Shown here piece by piece: positions 51,001 through 59,479 of a stretch of 61,517 nt of DNA. The notes under the pieces were generated by a model. That model did no database searches. It was not told the DNA's origin and saw nothing but the letters and a program-made list of their open reading frames with translations. Made by a program: the position numbers and the translations under genes. The first letter of the stretch is position 1, and each line of letters begins with the position of its first letter. Source of the stretch: a virus (taxonomy: Duplodnaviria > Caudoviricetes); the IMG/VR virus record IMGVR_UViG_3300022752_003832, positions 1 to 61,517 of that record; one strand, written 5' to 3'.

Positions 51001-51968
51001 TTGTGTTTTCTAGCTGCTTCGATAATATTATCCCAACCTAAATTAATATATGATGGATTTTTACTACCAATTCTTCTGCCCGACCAAGTAAATTCACCTT
51101 TTCTTTTGGAAACTTCTATCATTTTTTTTCTGAACTCAGCATTAGACCATAATTTTTGATTATTCAATTTAGCGTGATATGCTCTATGTTCAGATATTTT
51201 CATTATTTTTAAGTTTTCAGGTAAGTTATTTTTACCTTCAAAATCAATATGATGAACTTCTTCATCTTTTTGTATTTTTCTTTTATAAAACCATTCTGAT
51301 ATTAATTTATGTTCAGCAATCCACCCATTGTGTCCTTCATTTGAATTACAAGTGTATACCCAATTATATTTTTTATTGTTATAAAATGATTTACGATAAA
51401 AAGGCATCATAGAATCACCAGGTTTAAGATTCATAACACGTTCGAAAGAACCGTCTCTTTTCATAAATTGATGTTCCCAAGTTGCGATTATAAAACTATT
51501 GTCATCAAATGTTATTTTATATGTCATTTCATCACGAGTGTAATGCGCATTTCTTGCCATTGCTGGAACAACTTGTTTTAGGTTGTGGTCATAAGCATAT
51601 GTAATAAATTCATAGTCCCTACCTTTATCTGCCAATTCTTTTATTGTAATAAAACCATTAGGTGTTGCAATTTTTGTATCACCAACAATACAATATTCCA
51701 TCGACTCATAATCATAATATGACGCCATTCTTGTTGGTTCATAATAAACCGCCTGTTGATATAGATTGCTTTCTACTTTTTGCCACTGCTGACCAATATA
51801 CATAGTCTGTTGTGCTTGAAGTTTTTCTTTTTCAAATTCTTGTTTGTTTGGTGTTTTTAATAATTCTTTTTTATCGAATTTAAAAACGGGTGATTGTTGG
51901 TCAATTGTTGAATTAGGCCCAAAAACTCTACCTAACCTTTGCCAAACTGTATATTTTTTTTCTTCCAT
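48099..51968 (-). CDS. Portal protein (T4 gp20-like) with two inteins; ~608 aa after splicing
   Basis: YESMEY|TPEISAALDI, PYGT|SMLEKARRIWKQL.L.EDAMLIYRVSRAPERRVF, DYFIPVR, ALRIP. Confidence 0.94.
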   Translation of the reverse strand: MEEKKYTVWQRLGRVFGPNSTIDQQSPVFKFDKKELLKTPNKQEFEKEKLQAQQTMYIGQQWQKVESNLYQQAVYYEPTRMASYYDYESMEYCIVGDTKIATPNGFITIKELADKGRDYEFITYAYDHNLKQVVPAMARNAHYTRDEMTYKITFDDNSFIIATWEHQFMKRDGSFERVMNLKPGDSMMPFYRKSFYNNKKYNWVYTCNSNEGHNGWIAEHKLISEWFYKRKIQKDEEVHHIDFEGKNNLPENLKIMKISEHRAYHAKLNNQKLWSNAEFRKKMIEVSKRKGEFTWSGRRIGSKNPSYINLGWDNIIEAARKHKTLKSTAKELNVSYRKLQRDIVSNGYKDWQTFLLAYGIEKSIYSTSKSKNDKINLNHKIISIEPYGVEPVYDLTVPGYKNFATDSIFSHNTPEISAALDIYAEESTTPDKDGHILQIYSESKRIKSVLTDLFNIKLDINTNLPMWIRNTCKFGDNFVYLKLDPERGVVGCQQLPNIQIERLEKGMKFQPEKYSAEIENDALKFTWKEKNMEFNTWEIAHFRILGDDRKLPYGTCLKFDTKIDTEYGVKEIKDIQKGDFVWSFDLEKEEKVLSKVLDTVKSGVKPCFQIHTKHNFVEASEEHKILIFKNNQFLYKNVLELEIGDLLVIDNTVTKTKKTKINKEEPNENKNGWFNSVNLIPDFVDEEFARFFGFMLGDGWLSNNGVYFALSEYDDLNDFYISILNKYSKNPVKIIEVDGKDTQCMVWSKCLTTIMNRMGFFGSAKTKRLPDWIYYSDIQIQKALLEGLIDADGWITQDQWSTHLNLELCNESLVRDVKILCQKIGYKSGSIRKREPRKNIVIEGRNIKSATTSYSLTFYDTFLSQTKKYDNTNRKTSNYILEPINKLIEIGNFETYDIYVEDKNHNFYANGIVVHNSMLEKARRIWKQLLLSEDAMLIYRVSRAPERRVFKVFVGNMDDKDVDAYVQRVANKFKRDQIVDQKTGNVDMRYNQMAVDQDYFIPVRDPAATNPIETLDGAKNLAEIADIEYIQKKLVTALRIPKAYLGFEEAVGDGKNLSLLDIRFARTINRIQKSMIAELNKIAIIHLFLLGFEDELTNFTLGLTNPSKQSDLLGIELWKEKITLFKDAVAPIQDSVAPVSASWAKKHILGFSDDEIRLDLQQQRIERAVSAELGKTAEVITKTGLFDTLDALYGKKDEAAGGAPDAGGGAPPEGGGAPPEAGGAPPEAGGGAPPPPAEGGGVTPENFNRNDLNLILENTLFDRDNTLDLSKGRLSINEIDDKINKLLNK
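48245..48374 (-). repeat. 21-bp imperfect coding repeat (GGAPPE[A/G]) in portal C-terminal tail
   Basis: cctccagcttcaggaggtgc units. Confidence 0.8.
49221..50303 (-). mobile_element. Portal intein 2 (361 aa), LAGLIDADG type
   Basis: PYGT|CLKFDTKI ... SEEH ... GFMLGDG ... LLEGLIDADG ... YDIYV..NHNFYANGIVVHN|S. Confidence 0.93.
50733..51692 (-). mobile_element. Portal intein 1 (320 aa), HNH endonuclease type
   Basis: SMEY|CIVGDTKI ... TWEH ... EVHHIDFEGKNNLPENL..EHRAYH ... VYDLTVPGYKNFATDSIFSHN|T. Confidence 0.93.
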
Positions 51969-52001
51969 TTTATTTTTTAAGATAATTCATTTTATAATAT
52001 T

Positions 52002-53777
52002 TTAAACTCTTCTTCCGCCAAATAACCAAGAATAATTTTCATAATCATTTTTAGTTGGTCCATTATATGTTCTATTACTATACATATCGTTTTGAATTGG
52101 AATCGCAGGATTAAAATTTTGTGACGAATCTTTGAACATAGTTTTGTCTGTTGTCCAAGATTCAATCATTGCTTTTGCTTGTTCTGTTGCTTTTTCCAGT
52201 TTAGAAAAAGATGATTCACCTACATAAATAGCCATAGCCAGCGCCATAATTAAATCGTCGTGTTGACCTTTTTGATGGTCAGGTCTTCCGTTTACATAAA
52301 CAAAAGTATTTAGTTCATTAAACAGTCTTTGAGACCTAACTCCGAACCCAAACCTTAACGCCTCTTCAAACGCTTGAACAATTAAAACTCTTTTTGAGTT
52401 AAAATTTATTCCTGGTATTTTATCTTCTTGTTTTGGGTCCCACTTCCATTTGTCTGCTGGATTTACGCCATCAACATACAAATTCTTATATCCAAGTTCT
52501 TGAAGTTTTCTAGAAGTTGCAACACCCATACCACCTGTAATATCGGTTACAATAAATGCATTATACATTATTGCCCATTTATATGCAACTTCCGCCACAA
52601 TATCAGGTGGAACTTTTGCAATATATTCTAAGACTTGTTCTCTTTCATCAAAATCAATTATAGTAAAAGTTGTAAAATCTTCACTGTCTCCTCTTGAAAC
52701 ATCCATGCCCATAATATATCTATGACCTACAATTGGTTCTTTCCATTGCCAAAGAACCCCACCTATAAATTTGTTTTCAGGCTCTCTAATATGGTTTTCT
52801 TTTATTTTTTTCATAGTTTCAGCAGGTATTACGTTGTCCCCTGACCCTAGAAAGTTACATTCTAACTCTTGTGATATTTTACGCTTATCAAATTTTAATT
52901 TTTTTGACATTGATTCAAACCACGATGAATATGCTTTGTACCCGCTACCTATCTTTTCTTTAATTTCTTCGAAATCTCTGTCTGATACTTTTATATTCGA
53001 GTAATCAATAGTTATTTCATCATCCTTATAGTCTTTTCTATTTAACATGTAATGTATTATATCATCACACTTAATTAGTTTTAAGTCTTTAGAGTATCTA
53101 GGGTCTCTAAACCAATACATTTCAGTAATTTTGAAATCATTCATTCCCTTTATAGCTTGAGCATATATTGAATAGTAAATTTGGTCAAATCCATTTGGTG
53201 TTGAAATGACAATAACTTTACCTCCGGTTGACAAAGATGCCATACAAGCTGACCAAAAATCTTCATCGGCTTCAATATATGCTGCTTCGTCAAAAATAAG
53301 AATGGTTGGCGTATACCCCCGAAGAGCATCTTTAGATGTTGCAACGGCCTTAACTTCACAACCATTTGTTAATTTGAAATGTCTTGCAGCATTTTTTTCT
53401 GATGAAAATGTTACACCTAACCAAGAAGGCCATTGCTCAACAAATGAACGAACTTTGTTTGCCATTTCAACAGCGGTATCAAGTTTGTTTGCAATAATTA
53501 GAATTTTTTCAGGTTTTGATTTTTTTGCAAAAACTAATCTTTTTGAAGCCCATGCAGATGTCACCGTTGAAACGCCCGCCTGTCTATATTTTAAAGCGAT
53601 ATTTTCTTCAGCAGTATCATAGTCTTTTACCAAAGTAACTTGGTCATTGAATAATTCTAATGGAACGTATTTTGATTGGGTGTTGTCGTAAGTTTGCAAA
53701 TATGTTTTTAAAGCATATGGAGTATCATTGATACATTTAGCATATTCTAATAATATTTGTTCTTTTGAAAGTGACAT
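52002..53777 (-). CDS. terL: Terminase large subunit (T4 gp17-like)
   Basis: KYRQAGVST Walker A, LIFDEAA, ISTPNG, QELEC.F, MDVSRG..ED, HDDLIMA. Confidence 0.95.
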   Translation of the reverse strand: MSLSKEQILLEYAKCINDTPYALKTYLQTYDNTQSKYVPLELFNDQVTLVKDYDTAEENIALKYRQAGVSTVTSAWASKRLVFAKKSKPEKILIIANKLDTAVEMANKVRSFVEQWPSWLGVTFSSEKNAARHFKLTNGCEVKAVATSKDALRGYTPTILIFDEAAYIEADEDFWSACMASLSTGGKVIVISTPNGFDQIYYSIYAQAIKGMNDFKITEMYWFRDPRYSKDLKLIKCDDIIHYMLNRKDYKDDEITIDYSNIKVSDRDFEEIKEKIGSGYKAYSSWFESMSKKLKFDKRKISQELECNFLGSGDNVIPAETMKKIKENHIREPENKFIGGVLWQWKEPIVGHRYIMGMDVSRGDSEDFTTFTIIDFDEREQVLEYIAKVPPDIVAEVAYKWAIMYNAFIVTDITGGMGVATSRKLQELGYKNLYVDGVNPADKWKWDPKQEDKIPGINFNSKRVLIVQAFEEALRFGFGVRSQRLFNELNTFVYVNGRPDHQKGQHDDLIMALAMAIYVGESSFSKLEKATEQAKAMIESWTTDKTMFKDSSQNFNPAIPIQNDMYSNRTYNGPTKNDYENYSWLFGGRRV

Positions 53778-53783
53778 TCATTT

Positions 53784-54416
53784 TTAAATTCTACTTCTAA
53801 AACTTTTTAAAAATTCTCCTTTTGTAAAATGAGTTGGTATATGTTTTTGTATAATTGATAAAATACTTTCTTCTAATTTTTTTACATCGTCTTCTTCGAC
53901 TTTTTTTGGCAAACCTTTGTGTTTTGTTGATGCAAAATCTTCTAATTCTTTTTTTGTCATTTCTTTTGCCATATTTCTAACGTTTTTAGAAACTTTCGAT
54001 TTTGGTGTATTTCCTTTTTTTACTGAAAGAGCTAATCCCATAATTTTTTGTTGTTGTCGTGAAACCGCCTTTTCTTCAATTTCTCCTTCATTTGACATAC
54101 CGTCATATTCATCACCAAACCCGTCATCTGAACTAGGCCCATAGTAATTATCACCTGTTTCATATGGGTCATTTTTGGTCATTCTATTTAAAGCAAAGTC
54201 ATCTTCTTCAAGTTCTTCTTCATAAGTAACAAATGATTTACCAGAGGCCTTAGCTTTCAATTCTTCGGGAGACCCTTTTTTAACATTAAGAGTTCCTTCT
54301 TGCTCCATAATTCTACGGTATAAAGAAGATAGTTGACTTTCTGATAGATTTTCTAAAGTTTTAATAGAAAAACCTTCATGAAGTAATTTTTGAAGTTTAT
54401 AATTCATGTGTTTCAT
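53784..54416 (-). CDS. Modular protein with DUF3008-like domain
   Basis: KAVSRQQQKIMGLALSVKKG...MTKKELEDFASTKHKGLPKKV. Confidence 0.7.
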   Translation of the reverse strand: MKHMNYKLQKLLHEGFSIKTLENLSESQLSSLYRRIMEQEGTLNVKKGSPEELKAKASGKSFVTYEEELEEDDFALNRMTKNDPYETGDNYYGPSSDDGFGDEYDGMSNEGEIEEKAVSRQQQKIMGLALSVKKGNTPKSKVSKNVRNMAKEMTKKELEDFASTKHKGLPKKVEEDDVKKLEESILSIIQKHIPTHFTKGEFLKSFRSRI

Positions 54417-54816
54417 TTAGCATCAAATTTTTTTCCCAATTTAATACGACATCTCTTTCGTATAGTTTACCTTCAACATTTTCAATACTATCTCCGTATT
54501 GAAAAACTAATCGTTTCTTTTTATATACAATTATTTCATCTGAATCGGACTTTTCCCAACCTAATGAAATAACACCATCAACGGAATCATAAACACAAAA
54601 AAAATCTGAATTCTGAACAAGTTCTAATTGTATGTCTGAGTTTTTCAAAATCCCAACTTTTTTTATAAATTCAATTTTTGGTGGTTGTGGTCTGCCGGAT
54701 GCCGGCTCAATATCCCAATCTTCACCATATGCATCATCAACATCTGAAAAAATAAATTCATAGATGTTGTCTCCTCGAAAATTTGGGCCAAGTTCGTTTA
54801 TGTAAATTAAAGTCAT
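54397..54816 (-). CDS. Hypothetical protein
   Basis: 139 aa ORF coupled to neighbours. Confidence 0.7.
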   Translation of the reverse strand: MTLIYINELGPNFRGDNIYEFIFSDVDDAYGEDWDIEPASGRPQPPKIEFIKKVGILKNSDIQLELVQNSDFFCVYDSVDGVISLGWEKSDSDEIIVYKKKRLVFQYGDSIENVEGKLYERDVVLNWEKNLMLNETHEL

Positions 54817-56210
54817 ATAATATCCCCGTAAGTATTAATTTTAATTTCTATACCGTTTTTATTAAAAATTAAATTATTCATATTAGTTTTACCAATAAAT
54901 TTAGCCCCTTCATTTATAAGATGCTGACCAACTTGTAACTGGTATTTAGTTTCGAATAAGTCGTATAACTCTTTTTTTTGTTTAATTGTGTTTAATTTAT
55001 TTTTAATATAATTTTTTTGTTTTTTTTCTTCTAATAATGGTAATTCTTTTTTATTAATTTTGAAATAATTTTTCAAAACATTTTCAACTCTTGATTCTCC
55101 AAAAACATTTTCTGTTGGTTCTTGTGGCATCGGATTTTCATTACCCATAGGAGCTCCTCCCGTTGGTTCTTCGTCAAATCCTTGGTCACCAAAGTTAGAA
55201 TCTTCTTCGCCACTAAAATCTAAACTTTCAGGGCCTTCATCTCCATACATATCAGTTTCTTCAAACTTAGATAAAATGTCTTCTTTATCATCCTCATCCA
55301 ATTTTTCTAAATCTAACGCCGATAAAACCATATTTATTACATATTTAATGTCTTGTGAATCCAATCCGTCTTCATCTTGATTGTTATATGCTCTTAATTT
55401 TTGTGATAATTTACCTGTAAGTCTCTGTATGGTTTTAAAATTACCACCTTCATCTTCATTTCCACCCATATCTGAAGAAGGGGTCCCACCCATATCGGGA
55501 GCGCCTTCCATATCGGGAGCGCCTTCCATATCGGGAGCGCCTTCCATATCAGGAGCACCTTCCATATCGGGAGCGCCACCCATATTGGAAGAAGGGGCTC
55601 CACCCATATCAGGAGCACCGCCCATATCAGGAGCACCGCCCATATCAGGAGCACCGCCCATATCGGAAGAAGGGGCTCCACCCATATCAGGAGCACCGCC
55701 CATATCGGAAGAAGGAGATGGAGCAGGTGGTGGCGATGGTGCAGCGGCGTCAGGAGCAGGTGGTGGCGATGGTGCAACGGCGTCAGGAGCAGGTGCAGTG
55801 TCAGATGAAGGATTTGATTTAGGAGATTTTAAAACGAATTTTTTTTTTGAAGTTGCTTGCTCTCCGATTAAAGGAATTTCTTCTTCATTTTCATAAATAC
55901 GATTCAATTCTTTAGCGTGAAGATTTAATTTTTTCATAGCTTGAGAATACGAATCAAAATATTTTCTTTGTCTAATTGGGTCTGAATAGTCTAGAATAGA
56001 TTCATTAATTCCTTTTTTTATTATATATCCTAACTTTTCTTTAACAATACCGTAAGTATAACCATCAGCTAATTTAATGGTATAGTTCAAAGTTTCATTT
56101 TCGTTAAGTTGTGATTTTGGTTTTTCATTATAATGCGCAATTTCTAAGATACGTCTAATTTTGTCCATACCTTCTAATTTTTCACTTCCAAGTGGTTTCA
56201 AATCTGCCAT
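54813..56210 (-). CDS. Hypothetical protein with long Gly/Ala/Pro/Asp/Met low-complexity repeat (probable head-assembly/internal protein)
   Basis: 465 aa; (G/E)GAPDM repeats; TATTTAT upstream; in operon with terminase and portal. Confidence 0.7.
   Translation of the reverse strand: MADLKPLGSEKLEGMDKIRRILEIAHYNEKPKSQLNENETLNYTIKLADGYTYGIVKEKLGYIIKKGINESILDYSDPIRQRKYFDSYSQAMKKLNLHAKELNRIYENEEEIPLIGEQATSKKKFVLKSPKSNPSSDTAPAPDAVAPSPPPAPDAAAPSPPPAPSPSSDMGGAPDMGGAPSSDMGGAPDMGGAPDMGGAPDMGGAPSSNMGGAPDMEGAPDMEGAPDMEGAPDMEGAPDMGGTPSSDMGGNEDEGGNFKTIQRLTGKLSQKLRAYNNQDEDGLDSQDIKYVINMVLSALDLEKLDEDDKEDILSKFEETDMYGDEGPESLDFSGEEDSNFGDQGFDEEPTGGAPMGNENPMPQEPTENVFGESRVENVLKNYFKINKKELPLLEEKKQKNYIKNKLNTIKQKKELYDLFETKYQLQVGQHLINEGAKFIGKTNMNNLIFNKNGIEIKINTYGDII
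55462..55797 (-). repeat. Coding tandem repeats: 18-bp (GGAPDM/EGAPDM), 24-bp (GGAPSSDM) and 33-bp (APDAxAPSPPP) units
   Basis: ccatatc(a/g)ggagc.. units about a dozen times, plus duplicated ggagcaggtggtggcgatggtgca. Confidence 0.9.
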
Positions 56211-56306
56211 TTTTTTGTTTTTATTATTATGTTATTTATAATATAAATATCCAACAGGATAGTTTAACTCAATAATAAATATATTGTTAATATATAAATT
56301 GATTAA

Positions 56307-57080
56307 TTATTCAATATTTAAGTTTTCTAATGATAATTTTTTATCAGTAATCTTGTTTTTAAAGTCTTCAAGTTTTTTTATATAACCTGTTCTTCTTAAA
56401 AATTTAAACACCAAATTTTCATATGAATACTCCCCTTCTTTTGTTAATCCACAAGTTCTGTATTTTCTTAACTTTTCTTTATATTTTTTAACAAGTTCAA
56501 TTGCATCTTTTAAATCTTCATTTTTTGCATTTTCCAAAACACCATCTATAATATCCATCCATTGTTGTGCCTTATCTTTAATTTTTTTTTCATCAACTTT
56601 AAATTTTTCTTTTTCAGGTTTTCTAATCCATGTATCAGAAACCAAAGAATAAGACCCCATACTTTTTTCTTTTTCGTTCGAGTCTTGAATAAAAACTTCA
56701 ACTTCATAACCTTTAATTCTAATGTCATGTGATGCGTTAAACAACGTTTTTTTTAGGTGAAAAAGTTCTTCATATAATTCTTTATTTTCACCAGCTTCAT
56801 TAAAATTATATAATAAGTGAAGGTCAAAGTCAGAAAACTCGGACCAGTTATAACCAGTCAAAGAACCAATTAGTATAATGTCTTGAATGAAAATATCTTG
56901 GTCTATTGTTTTTAAAAAAACGTCAGCAACTTGTAAGAGTTTTTTTCTAATTTCAGGTTTTAATTTATAAAATTGCGCGTTTTTAATCGATATAGTTTTT
57001 TCATTAGGAGAATCCCAAACTTCAGGATTAAGTGTATCTTGTAAATAAAAACTATTTATAACTTTTTCGAATTCCTTCAT
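56307..57080 (-). CDS. Pol-beta superfamily nucleotidyltransferase
   Basis: IILIGSLTGYNWSEFSDFDLHL (hGS..SDxD) and third acidic residue in YEVEVF. Confidence 0.8.
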   Translation of the reverse strand: MKEFEKVINSFYLQDTLNPEVWDSPNEKTISIKNAQFYKLKPEIRKKLLQVADVFLKTIDQDIFIQDIILIGSLTGYNWSEFSDFDLHLLYNFNEAGENKELYEELFHLKKTLFNASHDIRIKGYEVEVFIQDSNEKEKSMGSYSLVSDTWIRKPEKEKFKVDEKKIKDKAQQWMDIIDGVLENAKNEDLKDAIELVKKYKEKLRKYRTCGLTKEGEYSYENLVFKFLRRTGYIKKLEDFKNKITDKKLSLENLNIE

Positions 57081-57108
57081 ATTAATAAATACATTATCAA
57101 TATGATTT

Positions 57109-57351
57109 TCAAAGTTTTTTATAATTGAATTTTTTTGCTATGTTTTGATTAAAATATTTTCCTTGAGAATCGGATAATCTAAATTGAGAATATATTGAGT
57201 GAGGAACTTCTTCATATTCATATAACATTTCGTTATTGAAAGTAATTTTTAATGTTTTTTTTTCAACATCATACTCACTTTTTTTTAAATTAGAAGATTT
57301 TATTTCACAAATAATTTTGTTTCCTTCTATGTCTGTTCTAGTAATTGCCAT
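57109..57351 (-). CDS. KTSC domain protein
   Basis: SSNL...YD...LKITFNN..YEYEEVP..Y......SQGKYFN..I. Confidence 0.9.
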   Translation of the reverse strand: MAITRTDIEGNKIICEIKSSNLKKSEYDVEKKTLKITFNNEMLYEYEEVPHSIYSQFRLSDSQGKYFNQNIAKKFNYKKL

Positions 57352-57409
57352 GTTAATATTTTTTTCGATAAAAAATAGTAAAAATTATAAAAGTAGTAAA
57401 GACACAAAT

Positions 57410-57434
57410 AAAAAATCCACCCGAAGGTGGATTT
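57410..57434 (-). terminator. Intrinsic terminator after dnaK (UUCG loop)
   Basis: Minus strand AAATCCACC-TTCG-GGTGGATTT-TTT. Confidence 0.9.
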
Positions 57435-57455
57435 AAAATTTATAATCTTGGGAGA

Positions 57456-59312
57456 TTATTTTACTTCTTCGAAATCTACATTTGTGACTTCTTCTTCATT
57501 ATCAGAATTTTTTGAAGCTTGGTTATACAAATTTTGACTTATTTTTTGAAACTCGTTATTTACCTCATCCATTAACGATTTAATATTTTCAATATTTTTT
57601 TCGTTATAGGCGGTTTTTAGATTTTCGATTTTAGAAGTGATATTTTCTTTATCTTCATTTGAAATTTTATCTTTCAAATCTTCTAAAGATTTTGAAATTT
57701 GAAAAATCATAGAATCTGCAGAATTTAATGTATCGGCATCTTCTTTTAATTTTTTGTCAATTTCGGCATTTTGTTCTGCGTCCATTTTCATTTTTTCAAT
57801 TTCTTCTTTGGATAATCCTGATGAAGACTCAATTCTAATTGATTGAGTTTTATTTGTTGCTTTATCTAAAGCTGATACATTTATAATACCATTAGCATCA
57901 ATGTCAAAAGTAACTTCAATTTGAGGAACGCCTCTTCTTGATGGTGGTAATCCGTCCAAATGGAACTTTCCAATAGTTTTATTGTCTTTAGCCATGGACC
58001 TTTCTCCTTGTAGGACATGAATTTCTACAGAAGGTTGGTTATCGGATGCTGTTGAAAATACTTCAGATTTTTTTGTTGGTATTGTTGTGTTTGCACTTAT
58101 TAGTTTTGTGAACACTCCACCCATAGTTTCAATACCCAAAGATAGTGGTGTTACGTCCAATAATAATACATCTGTCACATCACCACCTAAAACACCACCT
58201 TGGATTGCTGCTCCTAATGCAACCACCTCATCAGGGTTTACACCTTTTGATGGGTCTTTACCGAAAAATTTCTTAACAGCCTCTTGAATTGCAGGAATTC
58301 TAGTTGAGCCACCAACTAAAATAATTTCATCAATATCTGAAGGTTTTAATCCAGCGTTTTTAAGTGCAGATTCACATGGTTTAATAGTACGCTTTACTAA
58401 ATCTTCAGTTAATTGGTCAAATTTAGATTTTGTAATTTTTAAAACTAAATGTTTTGGTCCTGTTGAATCGGCAGTAAGATAAGGTAAATTGATGTCAGTT
58501 GAAGGTGAAGATGACAACTCAATTTTAGCCTTTTCTGCCGACTCTTTTAGTCTTTGAATCGCAATTGGGTCTTTTGTAATATCAATACTTGTTTCGTTTT
58601 TAAATTCATTAACCATGTAATCAATTAACACTTGGTCAAAATCATCACCTCCTAAATGTGTATCACCGTCTGTAGATAAAACTTCAAAAACACCATCTCC
58701 AAGTTCCAAAATTGAAACGTCGTGAGTTCCACCTCCACAGTCAAAAACTACAATTTTCATGTCCTTTGACATTTTATCTAATCCATACGCTAATGCGGCC
58801 GCAGTTGGTTCATTTATAATTCTTTTGACAGTCAATCCGGCAATTTCACCCGCTTCTTTTGTTGCTTGTCTTTGTGCGTCATTAAAATATGCTGGCACTG
58901 TAATTACCGCCTCGGTTACTTTTTCACCTAAGTAGTCTTCGGCCGTTTGTTTCATTTTTTGTAAAATAGTTGCTGAAATTTCTTGAGGTGAAAATTTCTT
59001 ATCGTCAATAACTACTCTTGGGTTATTTTTTTCACTTACAACTTTGTAAGGTACTTTTTGGATTTCATTTTTTGTTTCATCAAAACTTGCACCCATAAAC
59101 CTTTTGATTGAGTATACTGTTTTTTCGGGATTTGTAACCGCCTGTCTTTTTGCAGGGTCTCCAATTTTTCTTTCACCATCTTTGACAAATCCAACAACTG
59201 ATGGTGTTGTTCTTTTTCCTTCGCTGTTTGTAATTACTACCGGCTCACGACCTTCCATTACTGCTACACAAGAATTAGTCGTTCCTAAGTCTATACCAAT
59301 AATTTTTCCCAT
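57456..59312 (-). CDS. dnaK: Chaperone DnaK (Hsp70)
   Basis: [56 protein letters not shown]. Confidence 0.98.
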   Translation of the reverse strand: MGKIIGIDLGTTNSCVAVMEGREPVVITNSEGKRTTPSVVGFVKDGERKIGDPAKRQAVTNPEKTVYSIKRFMGASFDETKNEIQKVPYKVVSEKNNPRVVIDDKKFSPQEISATILQKMKQTAEDYLGEKVTEAVITVPAYFNDAQRQATKEAGEIAGLTVKRIINEPTAAALAYGLDKMSKDMKIVVFDCGGGTHDVSILELGDGVFEVLSTDGDTHLGGDDFDQVLIDYMVNEFKNETSIDITKDPIAIQRLKESAEKAKIELSSSPSTDINLPYLTADSTGPKHLVLKITKSKFDQLTEDLVKRTIKPCESALKNAGLKPSDIDEIILVGGSTRIPAIQEAVKKFFGKDPSKGVNPDEVVALGAAIQGGVLGGDVTDVLLLDVTPLSLGIETMGGVFTKLISANTTIPTKKSEVFSTASDNQPSVEIHVLQGERSMAKDNKTIGKFHLDGLPPSRRGVPQIEVTFDIDANGIINVSALDKATNKTQSIRIESSSGLSKEEIEKMKMDAEQNAEIDKKLKEDADTLNSADSMIFQISKSLEDLKDKISNEDKENITSKIENLKTAYNEKNIENIKSLMDEVNNEFQKISQNLYNQASKNSDNEEEVTNVDFEEVK

Positions 59313-59387
59313 TTTTTGTTTAACATTTTTTATAGTTTATTTTGTTGTTTATTTTATATAAACAAATTTGTGCCACAATTAAAAGTA

Positions 59388-59421
59388 TGACAAAATGTCA
59401 GTATTTTAAGACATATTGTCA
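59388..59421. promoter_or_regulatory. Tandem palindromic operator TGACA-N3-TGTCA between dnaK and clpC
   Basis: TGACAAAATGTCA (59388-59400) and AGACATATTGTCA (59409-59421), 21 bp apart. Confidence 0.6.
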
Positions 59422-59437
59422 AAAATGTATTTTTTAA

Positions 59438-59466
59438 TTGATTATTAATAAAGTTAGTTATATTTT
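59438..59466 (+). promoter_or_regulatory. Putative promoter of clpC
   Basis: TTGATT-N17-TATTTT, 13 nt before ATG 59480. Confidence 0.45.
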
Positions 59467-59479
59467 TTAAAAAAACAAT

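Noticed and set aside
55381-55896. Repeat array resembling CRISPR, and overlapping ORFs (GAPPIS / WAVLLI)
   Set aside because: Units are contiguous multiples of 3 with no unique spacers; they are coding repeats of the 54813-56210 gene.
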